Position numbers and translations under genes: made by a program. Source: a bacterium (GTDB taxonomy: Bacteria > Bacillota > Clostridia > Oscillospirales > Oscillospiraceae). From it: a stretch of 64,000 nt of DNA. This document shows positions 10,190 to 20,600 of this stretch, one piece after another. Numbering within the stretch: position 1 is the stretch's first letter; each line of letters starts with the position of its first letter. The stretch covers positions 7,422-71,421 of the forward strand of contig JAHYYS010000001.1 in assembly GCA_019424865.1 (NCBI GenBank). Direction: 5' to 3'. The notes under the pieces were generated by a model. It ran no database searches, had not been told where the DNA came from, and saw nothing but the letters and a program-made list of their open reading frames with translations.

Positions 10190-10497
10190 TAGAAATTTGG
10201 AAATCAAAACACATGTTAAGATATTTTTACACGCTCTGGGCAGGAACGCCGGATTCCCCGGAGCACAGCGGAAAATTCCTGTAGATTGTCACCAAAATAC
10301 ATGGATGCGGTCCGGCCAGAGCGGCTGTACGCAGGTGATAAAATGAACGATTTTTAAACAGAGAAAAGATGCGTTCCCAAAGCCGGGACAGCTTCCCCGA
10401 ACCTGAAAAGGCAAATATCAGGGGGAACATCATGGAAGCTGGCCCAGGGGCATGCGTACTTTTTTGGTGTCAGGCCGGAAAGGGGAAGCGGGCGCGG

Positions 10498-10851
10498 TCA
10501 GTTCCCGGTTTTGGCCTTATAGGCTTCGCCCCAGTCCCACATGGCGTCCAGGATGGGCTTCAGACTATACCCAAGCTCCGTCAGGGTGTACTCCACCCGG
10601 GGCGGTACCTCGGGATAGACGGTGCGGGTCAGCAGACCGCTTTCCTCCATTTGGCGCAGCTGGGCGGTCAGCACCTTTTGACTCACCCCGCCGATGGACT
10701 TTTTCAGTGCGCCGAATCGCTTGGTCCCCGGCATCAGATCCCGAAGGATCAGGACCTTCCATTTGTCGCTGATCAGCGTCAGCGTGGTCTCCACCGGGCA
10801 GGCGGGCAGCTCTTTGGCCGGCGCGGCGGAACTTGTCTGAATATTTTCCAT
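10498..10851 (-). CDS. HxlR (DUF24) winged-helix redox regulator
   Basis: ACPVETTLTLISDKWKVLIL...YPEVPPRVEYTLT; palindrome agcac-N6-gtgct at 10888-10903 in the divergent region. Confidence 0.92.
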   Translation of the reverse strand: MENIQTSSAAPAKELPACPVETTLTLISDKWKVLILRDLMPGTKRFGALKKSIGGVSQKVLTAQLRQMEESGLLTRTVYPEVPPRVEYTLTELGYSLKPILDAMWDWGEAYKAKTGN

Positions 10852-11002
10852 GAAATATCCCTCCAATAGTTTCTTTTTGGTAACTACAGCACAATAAAGT
10901 GCTTACTTTACAAAAACTCTGTACAGCCTTATTATAACGGCGTCAGGAGGAAATGGCAAGCCGTTCCTCAGAGAAAGACCAATGAATATGGAGGTAATCA
11001 CC

Positions 11003-11632
11003 ATGAAACTTGCAGTGGTATGTGCCAACGGAAAGGCCGGTAAGCTGATTGTGAAGGAGGCCCTGAACAGAGGGCTGGACGTGACCGCAGTGGTCCGGGG
11101 GGAAAATCAGACAGATGCGGCCCAGGTCATCCGAAAGGATCTCTTCCAGCTGACCGCCGACGATCTGAAGGGCTTTGACGTGGTCATTGACGCCTTCGGC
11201 GCCTGGACGGAGGACACCCTTCCCCAGCACAGCACTTCTTTGAAGCACCTGTGCGATGTGCTCAGCGGCACAGATACCCGCCTGCTGGTGGTGGGCGGCG
11301 CCGGCAGCCTGTATGTCAATCCGGAGCACACCGCCTGCGTGGCGGACGGCCCGGACTTCCCTGATGCCTTCAAGCCCCTGGCCGCCGCTATGGCCAAGGC
11401 ACTGGGAGAGCTGCGGGCCCGGGGGGACGTGAAGTGGACCTATCTCAGCCCCGCCGGCGATTTCCAGGCCGACGGCGAGCGCACCGGTCAGTACATTCTG
11501 GGCGGCGAGGAGCTGACGCTGAACGCACGGGGGGAGAGCGTCATCAGCTATGCGGATTACGCCATCGCCATGGTGGACGAGGCGGTCAGCGGCAGCCATA
11601 TCCAGCAGCGCATTTCTGTGGTGCGGAAGTAA
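11003..11632 (+). CDS. NAD(P)-dependent oxidoreductase (YwnB / flavin reductase-like)
   Basis: ANGKAG Rossmann motif, LLVVGGAGSL, WTYLSPA, ISYADYAIA. Confidence 0.85.
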   Translation: MKLAVVCANGKAGKLIVKEALNRGLDVTAVVRGENQTDAAQVIRKDLFQLTADDLKGFDVVIDAFGAWTEDTLPQHSTSLKHLCDVLSGTDTRLLVVGGAGSLYVNPEHTACVADGPDFPDAFKPLAAAMAKALGELRARGDVKWTYLSPAGDFQADGERTGQYILGGEELTLNARGESVISYADYAIAMVDEAVSGSHIQQRISVVRK

Positions 11633-11753
11633 CGCCATCGTTTAACTGTCCCGCAATATTGTGCGTACTGGTCAAACGCAGGGGCAGGCGCTGCAATCAA
11701 CACAAAGCCGACCAGAACGCATTGGTTTTGAATCCCGATTGGAGGTAAACAAT

Positions 11754-12155
11754 ATGAACGAAGTCGTGAAATTCCTGCAGGAGAACCCTGTGCAGTATCT
11801 GGCCACGGTGGGCCGGGACGGCCGGGCCAAGTGCCGCCCCTTTATGTTCGCGGGGGAGATGGACGGCAGACTGTGGTTGTGCACCAACAGCACCAAGGAT
11901 GTGTACAAGGACATGCAGGCCAACCCCAATATTGAAATCTCGGTGTCCAGCCCCGCCTACGCCTGGATTCGCCTCAGCGGCCGGGCTGTGTTTGAGGACA
12001 ACTTGTCCGCAAAGGAGATGTGCATCCGGAATCCCATCGTGAAAAGCCAGTATCAGACCGCCGACAATCCGATTTTTGAGGTATTTTATCTGGCGGACGC
12101 CCATGCGGTTATTGCCGACTTCTCCGGCAACCCGCCCCAGGAATACAGCTTGTAA
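11754..12155 (+). CDS. Pyridoxamine 5'-phosphate oxidase family protein
   Basis: YLATV..DG.AKCRPF, TNSTKDVYKDMQANPNIEI; RBS ggagg. Confidence 0.85.
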   Translation: MNEVVKFLQENPVQYLATVGRDGRAKCRPFMFAGEMDGRLWLCTNSTKDVYKDMQANPNIEISVSSPAYAWIRLSGRAVFEDNLSAKEMCIRNPIVKSQYQTADNPIFEVFYLADAHAVIADFSGNPPQEYSL

Positions 12156-12229
12156 AGTAAGGCAGAAGCCCCGGAGACGTCCTGCCGCCGGGGCGCCCCG
12201 CCCCATATCCGGACAAGAGAGGGATATCC

Positions 12230-12868
12230 ATGACCCCACAGAGCATATTGCAGATCCTTCAGTCTGAGATCCATTCGGTGGTCTTTGCCACCCTGGATGA
12301 ACAGGGACTGCCCCAGACCTGTGTCATCGACCTGATGCTGGCGGAGGAGGACGGCCTTTATTTTCTCACCGCCCGGGGAAAGTCCTTTTACAGCCGGCTG
12401 ATGGCCCGGCCCTTTGCGGCACTCACCGGCAGGAAGGGGAGGGATACCCTCTCCTCCGTGGCCATCTCCCTCCGGGGACCGGTGCGGAATATTGGGACCG
12501 CGCGGCTGGAGGAGATTTTTCAGAAAAACCCCTATATGGAGAACATCTATCCCACCAGGCAAAGCCGCGGCGCCCTGGAGGTATTTCACCTCTATAAAGG
12601 GGAGGGGGAGTACTTTGACCTGTCCCGGCAGCCGCCCTTCCGCCAGCGCTTTGCCTTCGGCGGGGCGGCGGAGCGTCCCGCCGGTTACCGTATCAACGGG
12701 GAGAAGTGCATTGGCTGCCAGGGGTGCCGCAGTGTTTGCCCCACTGGCTGTATCAGCGAAGACATCCCCCGCAGGATTGACGAAAGCCGCTGCCTCCACT
12801 GCGGAAACTGTTTTGGCATTTGCCCGGTGCAGGCGGTGGAGAATCTGGCAGGGGAGGAGCAGCCTTGA
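12230..12868 (+). CDS. PNPOx-like domain fused to a 2x[4Fe-4S] ferredoxin
   Basis: FATLDEQGLP...LYFLTARGKSFY plus CIGCQGCRSVCP and CLHCGNCFGICP. Confidence 0.85.
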   Translation: MTPQSILQILQSEIHSVVFATLDEQGLPQTCVIDLMLAEEDGLYFLTARGKSFYSRLMARPFAALTGRKGRDTLSSVAISLRGPVRNIGTARLEEIFQKNPYMENIYPTRQSRGALEVFHLYKGEGEYFDLSRQPPFRQRFAFGGAAERPAGYRINGEKCIGCQGCRSVCPTGCISEDIPRRIDESRCLHCGNCFGICPVQAVENLAGEEQP

Positions 12869-13683
12869 TGAACCGCATGGAACAGATCGCCTATCTCAAC
12901 CGCAGACTGCTGGAGGAGATGCCGGAGTACCGGGAGCAGGCCGCCCGGTTTTCCAGGGAGGAGCGGGACCAGCGCCGCCTGCTCCGCAGCCTGATGAACC
13001 TCCGGCCGCCTCTGCCGCTGGATGCAGAATTTATTGCAGTACAGGATGGCCTTCTGACAGCTGAGCGGGAGGAGCGGGGTGTGGTGGACGCCGGCGCCCT
13101 GCCGCCCGCCGGCGGAGATCCCCGGCTGGCCCTCTGGCAGGGGGACATTGTCCGGCTGCGGGCGGATGCCATTGTCAATGCCGCCAACTCCGCCCTGCTG
13201 GGGTGCTTTCACCCCTGTCACGGCTGCATCGACAATGCCATTCACTCTGCGGCGGGGCTTCAGCTGCGGGACGAGTGCGCCCGGCTCATGCTGGCCCAGG
13301 GGCACCCGGAGCCCAATGGCCGGGCCAAGCTGACAAAGGGCTATAACCTTCCGGCGGCCCATGTGCTTCATACGGTGGGGCCCATTGTACGGGGAGCTGT
13401 GACCCGGCGGGACCGGGCGGAGCTGGCGGCCTGCTACCGCTCCTGCCTGGAGCTGGCTTCGGCCCATGGGCTGACCAGCGTGGCCTTTTGCTGTGTCTCC
13501 ACCGGCGAGTTCCACTTTCCCAATCAGGAGGCCGCGGAAATCGCGGTGAGGACCGTCACGGATTTCCTCCGGCGGCCCACTTCCATCCGAAAGGTGATTT
13601 TTAATGTTTTCAAGGATTTTGACGCAGACATCTACCGAAACCTGCTGGGAGCGGCAGCTGAGCCAGCTGAAAGCGGCGCTTGA
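12868..13683 (+). CDS. Zn-dependent macrodomain protein-ADP-ribose hydrolase
   Basis: LWQGDI, AIVNAANS, Zn loop CFHPCHGCIDNAIH, VLHTVGP, CCVSTGEFHFP. Confidence 0.9.
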   Translation: MNRMEQIAYLNRRLLEEMPEYREQAARFSREERDQRRLLRSLMNLRPPLPLDAEFIAVQDGLLTAEREERGVVDAGALPPAGGDPRLALWQGDIVRLRADAIVNAANSALLGCFHPCHGCIDNAIHSAAGLQLRDECARLMLAQGHPEPNGRAKLTKGYNLPAAHVLHTVGPIVRGAVTRRDRAELAACYRSCLELASAHGLTSVAFCCVSTGEFHFPNQEAAEIAVRTVTDFLRRPTSIRKVIFNVFKDFDADIYRNLLGAAAEPAESGA

Positions 13684-14581
13684 TCAAGCGGACGCAGTTG
13701 TGATCGGGGCGGGCTCCGGCCTGTCCGCATCGGCCGGACTGACCTATTCCGGGGAGCGGTTCCAGACTCTCTTCGGCGACTTTATTGCAAAATACCATAT
13801 CCCGGATCTGTATTCCGGCGGGTTTTATCCGTTTCCCTCGCTGGAGGAGTACTGGGCCTGGTGGAGCCGGCAGATCTACTGGAACCGGTATGTGGAGGCG
13901 CCGAAGCCGGTCTATCGGGAGCTGCTGGCACTGGTCCGGGACATGGACTACTTTGTTCTGACTACCAATGTGGACCATCAGTTTCAGCGCGCGGGGTTTG
14001 ATAAAAAGCGGCTGTTCTATACCCAGGGGGACTATGGCCTGTGGCAGTGCGTCAAGCCCTGTCATAACCAGACCTATGACAACGAGGAGACAGTTCGGAA
14101 GATGGCAGCGCAGCAGAGGGAGATGCGGGTGCCGCCGGAACTGGTGCCCCGCTGTCCCGTCTGCGGCCGTCCCATGACCATGAACCTGCGGTGTGACGAT
14201 ACCTTTGTGGAGGATGCGGGCTGGCATGCGGCTCAGCAGCGGTATCAGGATTTCCTCCGCCGCCATAAGGGATTGCGGGTGGTGTTCCTGGAGCTTGGGG
14301 TGGGCGGAAATACCCCGGTGATTATTAAGTATCCCTTCTGGCGTATGACCCGGGAGAACCGAAACGCGGCCTATGTCTGCATCAATCAGCAGGAGTCCTA
14401 TACGCCCGGAGAAATTGCGGGGCAGTCCATTTGTATCCGGCAGGATATTGGGACGGTTGTGCACGCCCTGTCCTCTGACCGGACGGACCGGGCGGAGCGG
14501 GACGTGCGCGGGCAGTTCTTTTATTCCGGAGGCGCCGTCCCGCCAGGACAGAGGAGAAAAGCAGTTACCCCCTCCGGCTGA
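13604..14581 (+). CDS. Class M sirtuin (SirTM) mono-ADP-ribosyltransferase
   Basis: GAGSGLSAS, TTNVDHQF, YTQGDY (Gln at the canonical catalytic His), CPVCG, LELGVGGNTPVIIK; overlaps the macrodomain gene. Confidence 0.88.
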   Translation: MFSRILTQTSTETCWERQLSQLKAALDQADAVVIGAGSGLSASAGLTYSGERFQTLFGDFIAKYHIPDLYSGGFYPFPSLEEYWAWWSRQIYWNRYVEAPKPVYRELLALVRDMDYFVLTTNVDHQFQRAGFDKKRLFYTQGDYGLWQCVKPCHNQTYDNEETVRKMAAQQREMRVPPELVPRCPVCGRPMTMNLRCDDTFVEDAGWHAAQQRYQDFLRRHKGLRVVFLELGVGGNTPVIIKYPFWRMTRENRNAAYVCINQQESYTPGEIAGQSICIRQDIGTVVHALSSDRTDRAERDVRGQFFYSGGAVPPGQRRKAVTPSG

Positions 14582-14599
14582 GCCGAAGGGGGTAACTGC
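14561..14599. terminator. Bidirectional terminator hairpin
   Basis: gcagttaccccctccggc-tga-gccgaagggggtaactgc. Confidence 0.7.
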
Positions 14600-14609
14600 G
14601 CGGTGCGGC

Positions 14610-17600
14610 TTATTTGGCCACATTCTCACAGAAACGCATCAGGATTACAGCAACTTGCGCACGGGCAGCAGAGCCGCTGGGCGTCAGCGTGGTGCCGCTG
14701 GTGCCGGAGATCAGCCCCTCGGCGCAGGCCCACTGAAGTGCCGTCGTGGCCCAGGCGTTGATCTCGGGGGCATCGGCGTAGCCGGACAGGTCGGCACTGG
14801 CAGACACATCGCAGCCCTTGTACTGTGCATAGTGATAGAGCATAGTAGCCAGCTGCTCGCGGGTTATGGGATCATGGGGTCCAAACCTGCTGCTGCTGTA
14901 CCCGGCTGCGATTCCCTCGCTGGCGGCCCAGCGGACCGCCTCGCCGTACCAGGCGTCTGGATCCACGTCATGAAAGGTCATGGCGTAATCTGCCGCGGGA
15001 CTGCCCTCCAGACGCCACAGAATGGTGGCAATCATGCTGCGGGTGGTTGTCATATCGGGGCTGAAGAGGGTGGCGCTGGTGCCGGACATCAGGCCATGCT
15101 CGTAGACATAGCGCACTCCCTCCTCATACCAGGCACCCGAGGGGACATCGACAAAGGGGAAATTATCCGATGCTCCCGTGACAAAGTCTGCTTTCACGGT
15201 AACAGTACTGGCCGGCATGGTAAAGGTATACTTGCCGTCGCCCTGGTCGTTCAGCGTGACGGATTTCCCGTTTCGCGCCGTGGCGGTAAGGCCGGCAAGG
15301 CGGAAGCCGTCATCCGGCACAACAGTCAGCGTGACGGTGGTGCCTGCGCCGGCGGTATCCCGGCTGGCCGTGACCTTGCCGTTGCTGCCGGATTCCACAA
15401 TAATCCGGTAAGCGGAGGAACCGCCGCCGCTGCTGGTGTGGGTGCTGGTGATGTTGAGGGTATAGGTTGTGCTGCCGATGGTCACGGTGATAACCGTCTC
15501 GCCCACACCGATGGGGACATACTGGGTGCCGGCACCGGAAGACAGGGTACCATTGATGGCGACATCCTTATTTTCGCCGGAGATGGCAGTGACAAGGGTG
15601 CCCTCCGCGGAGACGCCGGACAGGGAACAGGTGTACTTGCCGTCCTCGCCCTGAACGAAGTCATCAATGGACACGGGCAGGCCGTCAAAGGACAGAATAT
15701 CCTCGCCGGGTACGGCGGCGTGTACCACCACACGGGCGCCCAATTTGCTGAATTGCACCGTGCTGGTTTGGACAGCTTCACCGCCCAGTGTTCCGGCCGT
15801 AATGCCGGTGGTCTGTGTCTCCAGGGGGCGGCCGCCTGCGTCCAGCAGGGTGGCCGCCAGAGCGGCAGTGGTCTGGTCCTGCAGAGAGTTGTTTTTCAGT
15901 TCCACCACGGCGGTGGTGACATCCGTGTTGGTCTGGATTACATCCAGTGCGGTCTTTTCGCCGGTGCGGGCATATGCGCCGGTGAGCAGGACGGCCGCCT
16001 GATTATCGCTGCTGTGATACTCGGGCAGGCGCTTGGCGCCGCTCTGGCTTCCAATTGTTCCCTCCGTCCAGACGTCGGCGTACAGATACACGCCGCTGTC
16101 GGGGATCTCCTGCTCTTGAAGGGTGCCCTCCACATAGTCTTTGATGTTGTAGGTCAGCACCAGAGTAAGACTGCCCGCGTCGATGCGGGATAGATCCGTT
16201 CCGGAAATAGTGACGGTGTCGCTGGAAGCGCCGTTGCAGGTCACCTCTGCCTTTTCCGTCAGCAGGCTGTCGGTGTAGAAAGCTGCCTTGACCTCCCGGC
16301 CGCTGCCGGCCAGCGGGGCGTCGGAGGCATTGTAGAGGGTGAGGGCGATGGTGCGCTGCCCCTCCGTTTCCTCCAGCACCTTCATCTGGGAGATGCCGAT
16401 GTCCGGGTAGTCCAGATAGACAGTGCCGCTGTGGCTGATGCCGCTTCCGCTGGTGATGGTATAGTCCACATCCGCCACGGTTTGGCCTACCTTGTGGTAT
16501 ACCGTCAGGGTGGCGCTCTCATTGGGATGCAGGGCCGTGTCCAGAGCAGCAGTCTCATCCGCACCCAGGGTGACGGTCAAATCCGCCAGGTCATTCACGC
16601 CGGTATTGCGGACAGTAAACTGGATGGGGGTCAGGCTGTCCGCTGTCAGATTTCCGTAGTCCACCCCGATGGCCTCCACCTCCAGTCCATAGGGTTCAAA
16701 GTTTTGGGCGGCGGTGTAGAGCATGGTCTGCTCGCCGGGAATGGTGACAGTGGTTCCGGTATCTTCGTCATAGATCGATTCCGGATTGGCCTGATCATAG
16801 TAAGTGGTCTGAATTACCGCCTTGATGGGGTGCAGGGAGTTGTCAGCGTACGACGTCTCCACATAGGCATCGAAGTGATCCAGAAGGGTGTTGGCCGGCA
16901 GCTCCGCCACCACCTGCGGGGCGGTCAGGCGGAAATCGTCCACAACGTTGTTGGCATCCGTATCCTCTGCCAGCAGGCGGACCGCCTTCAGTTCGCTGTG
17001 GGCCGCCGTCATCAGGCCATCTGTGGTCTCGTCGCTGACGGTCTCGCTCCACAGGATAGTCAGGGCTTTGACATAGCCGGAACCGAGGGTGTTGTCGCGC
17101 CAAACGAGGGCGAAGCGGAAGTCGCCGCTGATGTCGGCCTGACCGCTGCTGGTCAGGGCGGACAGGGAGGCGGGGAAGGTGTTGGATATGGCGCCGTTTC
17201 CGTCCACCGCCAGCAGCTGGATGTCGCTCTCGCCGCCGCGCTGGCTGTGCCAGCCCAGGATGAACCGTTGATCGCGCGTTCCCGTGGTCAAATGCAGAGA
17301 TGCCGCGCTCACTTGGGGGTTCTCGTCCAGAGTTTCATCGCTGGTGACCAGCATGGAACGGCCGAGGGTGCCGTCGCTGTTCACGATGGTGTAGCCGACC
17401 TCCTGCCCGGAGCCATCCGACGCCCCGGTGCGGTCCAGAGTGTACACGGCGATGGCGGTACCATCCTGCATCATGGCGGCCTGGAGGCCCTTGACGGAGC
17501 CGTTGGCGCCGTTGTAGAGCATCTTGGCGTCGCTCCAGCTGCCGCCGTCATAGACGCTGTACAGGATCTGATCCTGAGCGGAGAAGTCCATCAGGCCGGA

Positions 17601-20600
17601 CTCCGGGTCGGCGCTGTAGACGCTGCGCCAGAAGACGATGGCCTTGCCCTGGCCGTTGACCGCCACCGCAGGGGCCAGGTCGGGGGTGGCGTTGGCGGTC
17701 AGGCGGGTGGTGGTCCAGCTGCCGGGGTCGTCGCCGCCCTGTCTCTTGGACCAGACTGAGACCATGATCTCGGAGCTGTTCATCAGCAGGTTCTGCTCCG
17801 CCGCCGTGATCTCGTCGCCGGCGTCCTTTCCGGGGATCTCAGCGCCCTGGCGCACCCAGGCCGCCGCGGCGGTGGCGTTGGCCATGGAGCTGCCCGTCTG
17901 GATAAAGCCGGCGATGTCCACGTCGCTGTCGCCGTAGCCCGCAAAGCCGCCGTCGGGGAATTCCTGAGAAGAGCCGTAGCTGCCGTCAGTCCCCAGCACG
18001 CTGTAGTGGGCGCGGCTGTCGTAGACGCTGGGATTGGGATTGTTATCGGCATCGTAGCCGTCGCTGATATAAGCCAGCACCCGCCCGTCGCCGCTGAGTT
18101 CGGGGAAGGAGGCGGGGTTGGCGTTGGTCTGAAGATTTTTCACGCCGTTTGTCGCATCCAGGCTGAGCAGGGACATGCGGGCCTGGGGCTCGCCCCAGGT
18201 GCGGGCATACTGCTCCAGATAGTCCCGGCTTTGGAGCGTGGCGGTGGAGGACACCTCCTGCAGCCCGCCCATGGCGGCGGCGTACTGGAGACTCCGGCTG
18301 TCCAGGCCGGTGCCGGTGTTCTCCCAGTAGCTTTCGATGTCGTCCCAGCTGCCAAAGTCTTTTCCGACGCCGAACTTGCCGGAGGCCAGCACTTTTTTAT
18401 AGGAGATCAAGGCGAACACGGCCTCGAACTTGATGCCGACCTCGCTCTGGATATCCAGGTACTGGCCGTTGGTCTGCCGCCTGTCCGCGTCCGCCAGATA
18501 GTCCCGGGACAGGAAACGGTTCTGGCTGTTCACGTCCAGCTTGCCGAACAGGCCAATCTTCAGGGCGATGAGGGAGTAATCGAAACCGATGCCGCCGAAG
18601 GCCTCCACATAGGCCCGCAGCCGCAGCTCGGTAAGGAAATCGGTGACGGCGGCGGCATCGGGGTCGCTCCAGACCAGCTCGGTGCCGTCGGCGTCCTTCT
18701 GCTGACTGTACCGGGTGGCGGCCTGAAGGCTCAGCTGTATGGCGCCGCCCACCTCAAAGCTGCCGGTGACCGGCACGATGCCCACCACGGTGTTCACATC
18801 AAAGCCGAATTCCATCCCCATGCCGGCAGTGAAGCCGCCGCCCTTGGTGAAGACCTCCCACTGGCCGGAAGCCCGGTTGTAGCGGATCTCCGCCTCGTAG
18901 CAGCCTTCCAGCTGCACGCCGAAGTCAAAGCCCGCCACGTCGGACAACCGGTTGCTCCGGTGGGGGTCGTAGGCGCCCATGGGGTCATAGGTGCCGCTGG
19001 CCATCGCCTGAAGGTCGCCCACGCTGGGCATGTCGGTTTCCAGGCCCTTAGTCATAAAGTTGGCGCTGACGGCCACGCCGTCCTTATACTCCACATCCTT
19101 CAGATCCAGGCTGTCATAGCCCGCCCAAATCAGGGCGTTGAAGACGCTGGGATCCTCGCTGGGGGTGATGAGCATCTGGAACACGCTGGTATTCACGGGG
19201 CCGGCCAGCTCACCCAGGTCGCCCACAAGGGCGTTGAGAATGCTGCTGCCGCCGCTGCCGAAATTGACACCTGTGGTATCCCAGCCGCTGGCGTCCCGCA
19301 GGGTAACCACCATCTGGGTCACCTTCTCGTCCTCGTTGACCGGGGTGACCCGGGTCAGGTCGATGGCCCGGAAGGGCATGGTGCGCTCCTGCACCAGATT
19401 GCCGTTTTGGGTCAGGCGGATTTTGAGGCCCATGTCCTTCCCGTCGGGGATCCAGCCGGAGGCGGTCATGGTTTCCGCATTGAGGGTCAGGGTGTTCTCC
19501 ACCACGGGGATGGAGGTGAAGGGGTACCGATCGGCGCCCGTGCTCACCTGGGCTGCAGGGAGATAACCGTTCTCATCTGCCATGGTCAGAGTGCAGGACG
19601 TCCCGCCGCCGGTCTCGCCCCACAGGAGCACGTTGGTAGTGAGCACGGCTTCCTTGAAGTTGTAGTTGGGCCCAACAAAGCCGGTGGAATAGCGGGTGTC
19701 AATGAGAGCGCCGTCGTTCAGGTGGTAGTCGATGACCTGCCGGGCCACGAAGGGCTTGTTTGCCTCGCCCTGCGGCACGGCTTCCAGTACCATCACGCCG
19801 GAGGCGGTGCGCATCTCCTGCATAGGGCTGACGGTGCCGTCCACCATCTGGAACAGGGGGTAATAGGCATCGTTTTCTATGCCGCGGACCTCCAGCACGT
19901 ACTGGATCTTATCCGTGGCGGTGGGAAGGTCGTCCTTGTCCTCTCCGGCTTCTGCTGACCAGAACTGGGTGAAGTCGAAATAGACGGTGATCTTTCCGTT
20001 TGTGTCGGCGGTGAAGGTGGTATCCTGCTGATTCGCTCCGGCGGCGCCGACATTTTGACGGGTGGTGCCCAGGCCGGCGGTCTCACAGAAATAGCCGTTT
20101 TTGTATACGCCGCCCCGGACGGTGACCGTCCCCGCATAGGGGGATCCGTCGGGTTTTACCAGGGTCAGCTCCGCCATGGCGGCCTCCCGCAGGCGGAAGG
20201 TGTTCAGGGGGTAGAGCTGGAGCTTTCTGGCGTCCCCCTCTCCGGACTGGAGATCGTAATGATAGATGGTGCCCAGGTACTCGGCGTCGCCGGACTGGGA
20301 GCTGAGCCACACGTCGCTGGCGATGCCGCTGGGTTCGTAGAGGGCCAGCACGCCCTCGGAATTGGTCCGTACGGTCCGCTGCGTGCCGTCGCCGTTGGTA
20401 TAGCGCAGGGTGGTCTCCACCGCCGGGGTCACCTGGAACAGGTAGAACTGCTCCCGCAGGGTATGGGCGGTGACCGGGATGTCGGCCTTCATGCCGGTGG
20501 CGGCGTGGGTGGCGGTGATGGCGGCGGTGCCGTCCTCCACGGTGGCGACGCCCATCTTCAGCTCGGGCAGGTAGGTGTCGAAGTCAAAGAGTTTGATGTC

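Noticed and set aside
8164..10200. c-di-AMP (ydaO) riboswitch for ktrAB
   Set aside because: The conserved GCUGAAUC / GGGGGA..CC / GUCAGCUAAC elements are not found upstream of ktrB or pit.
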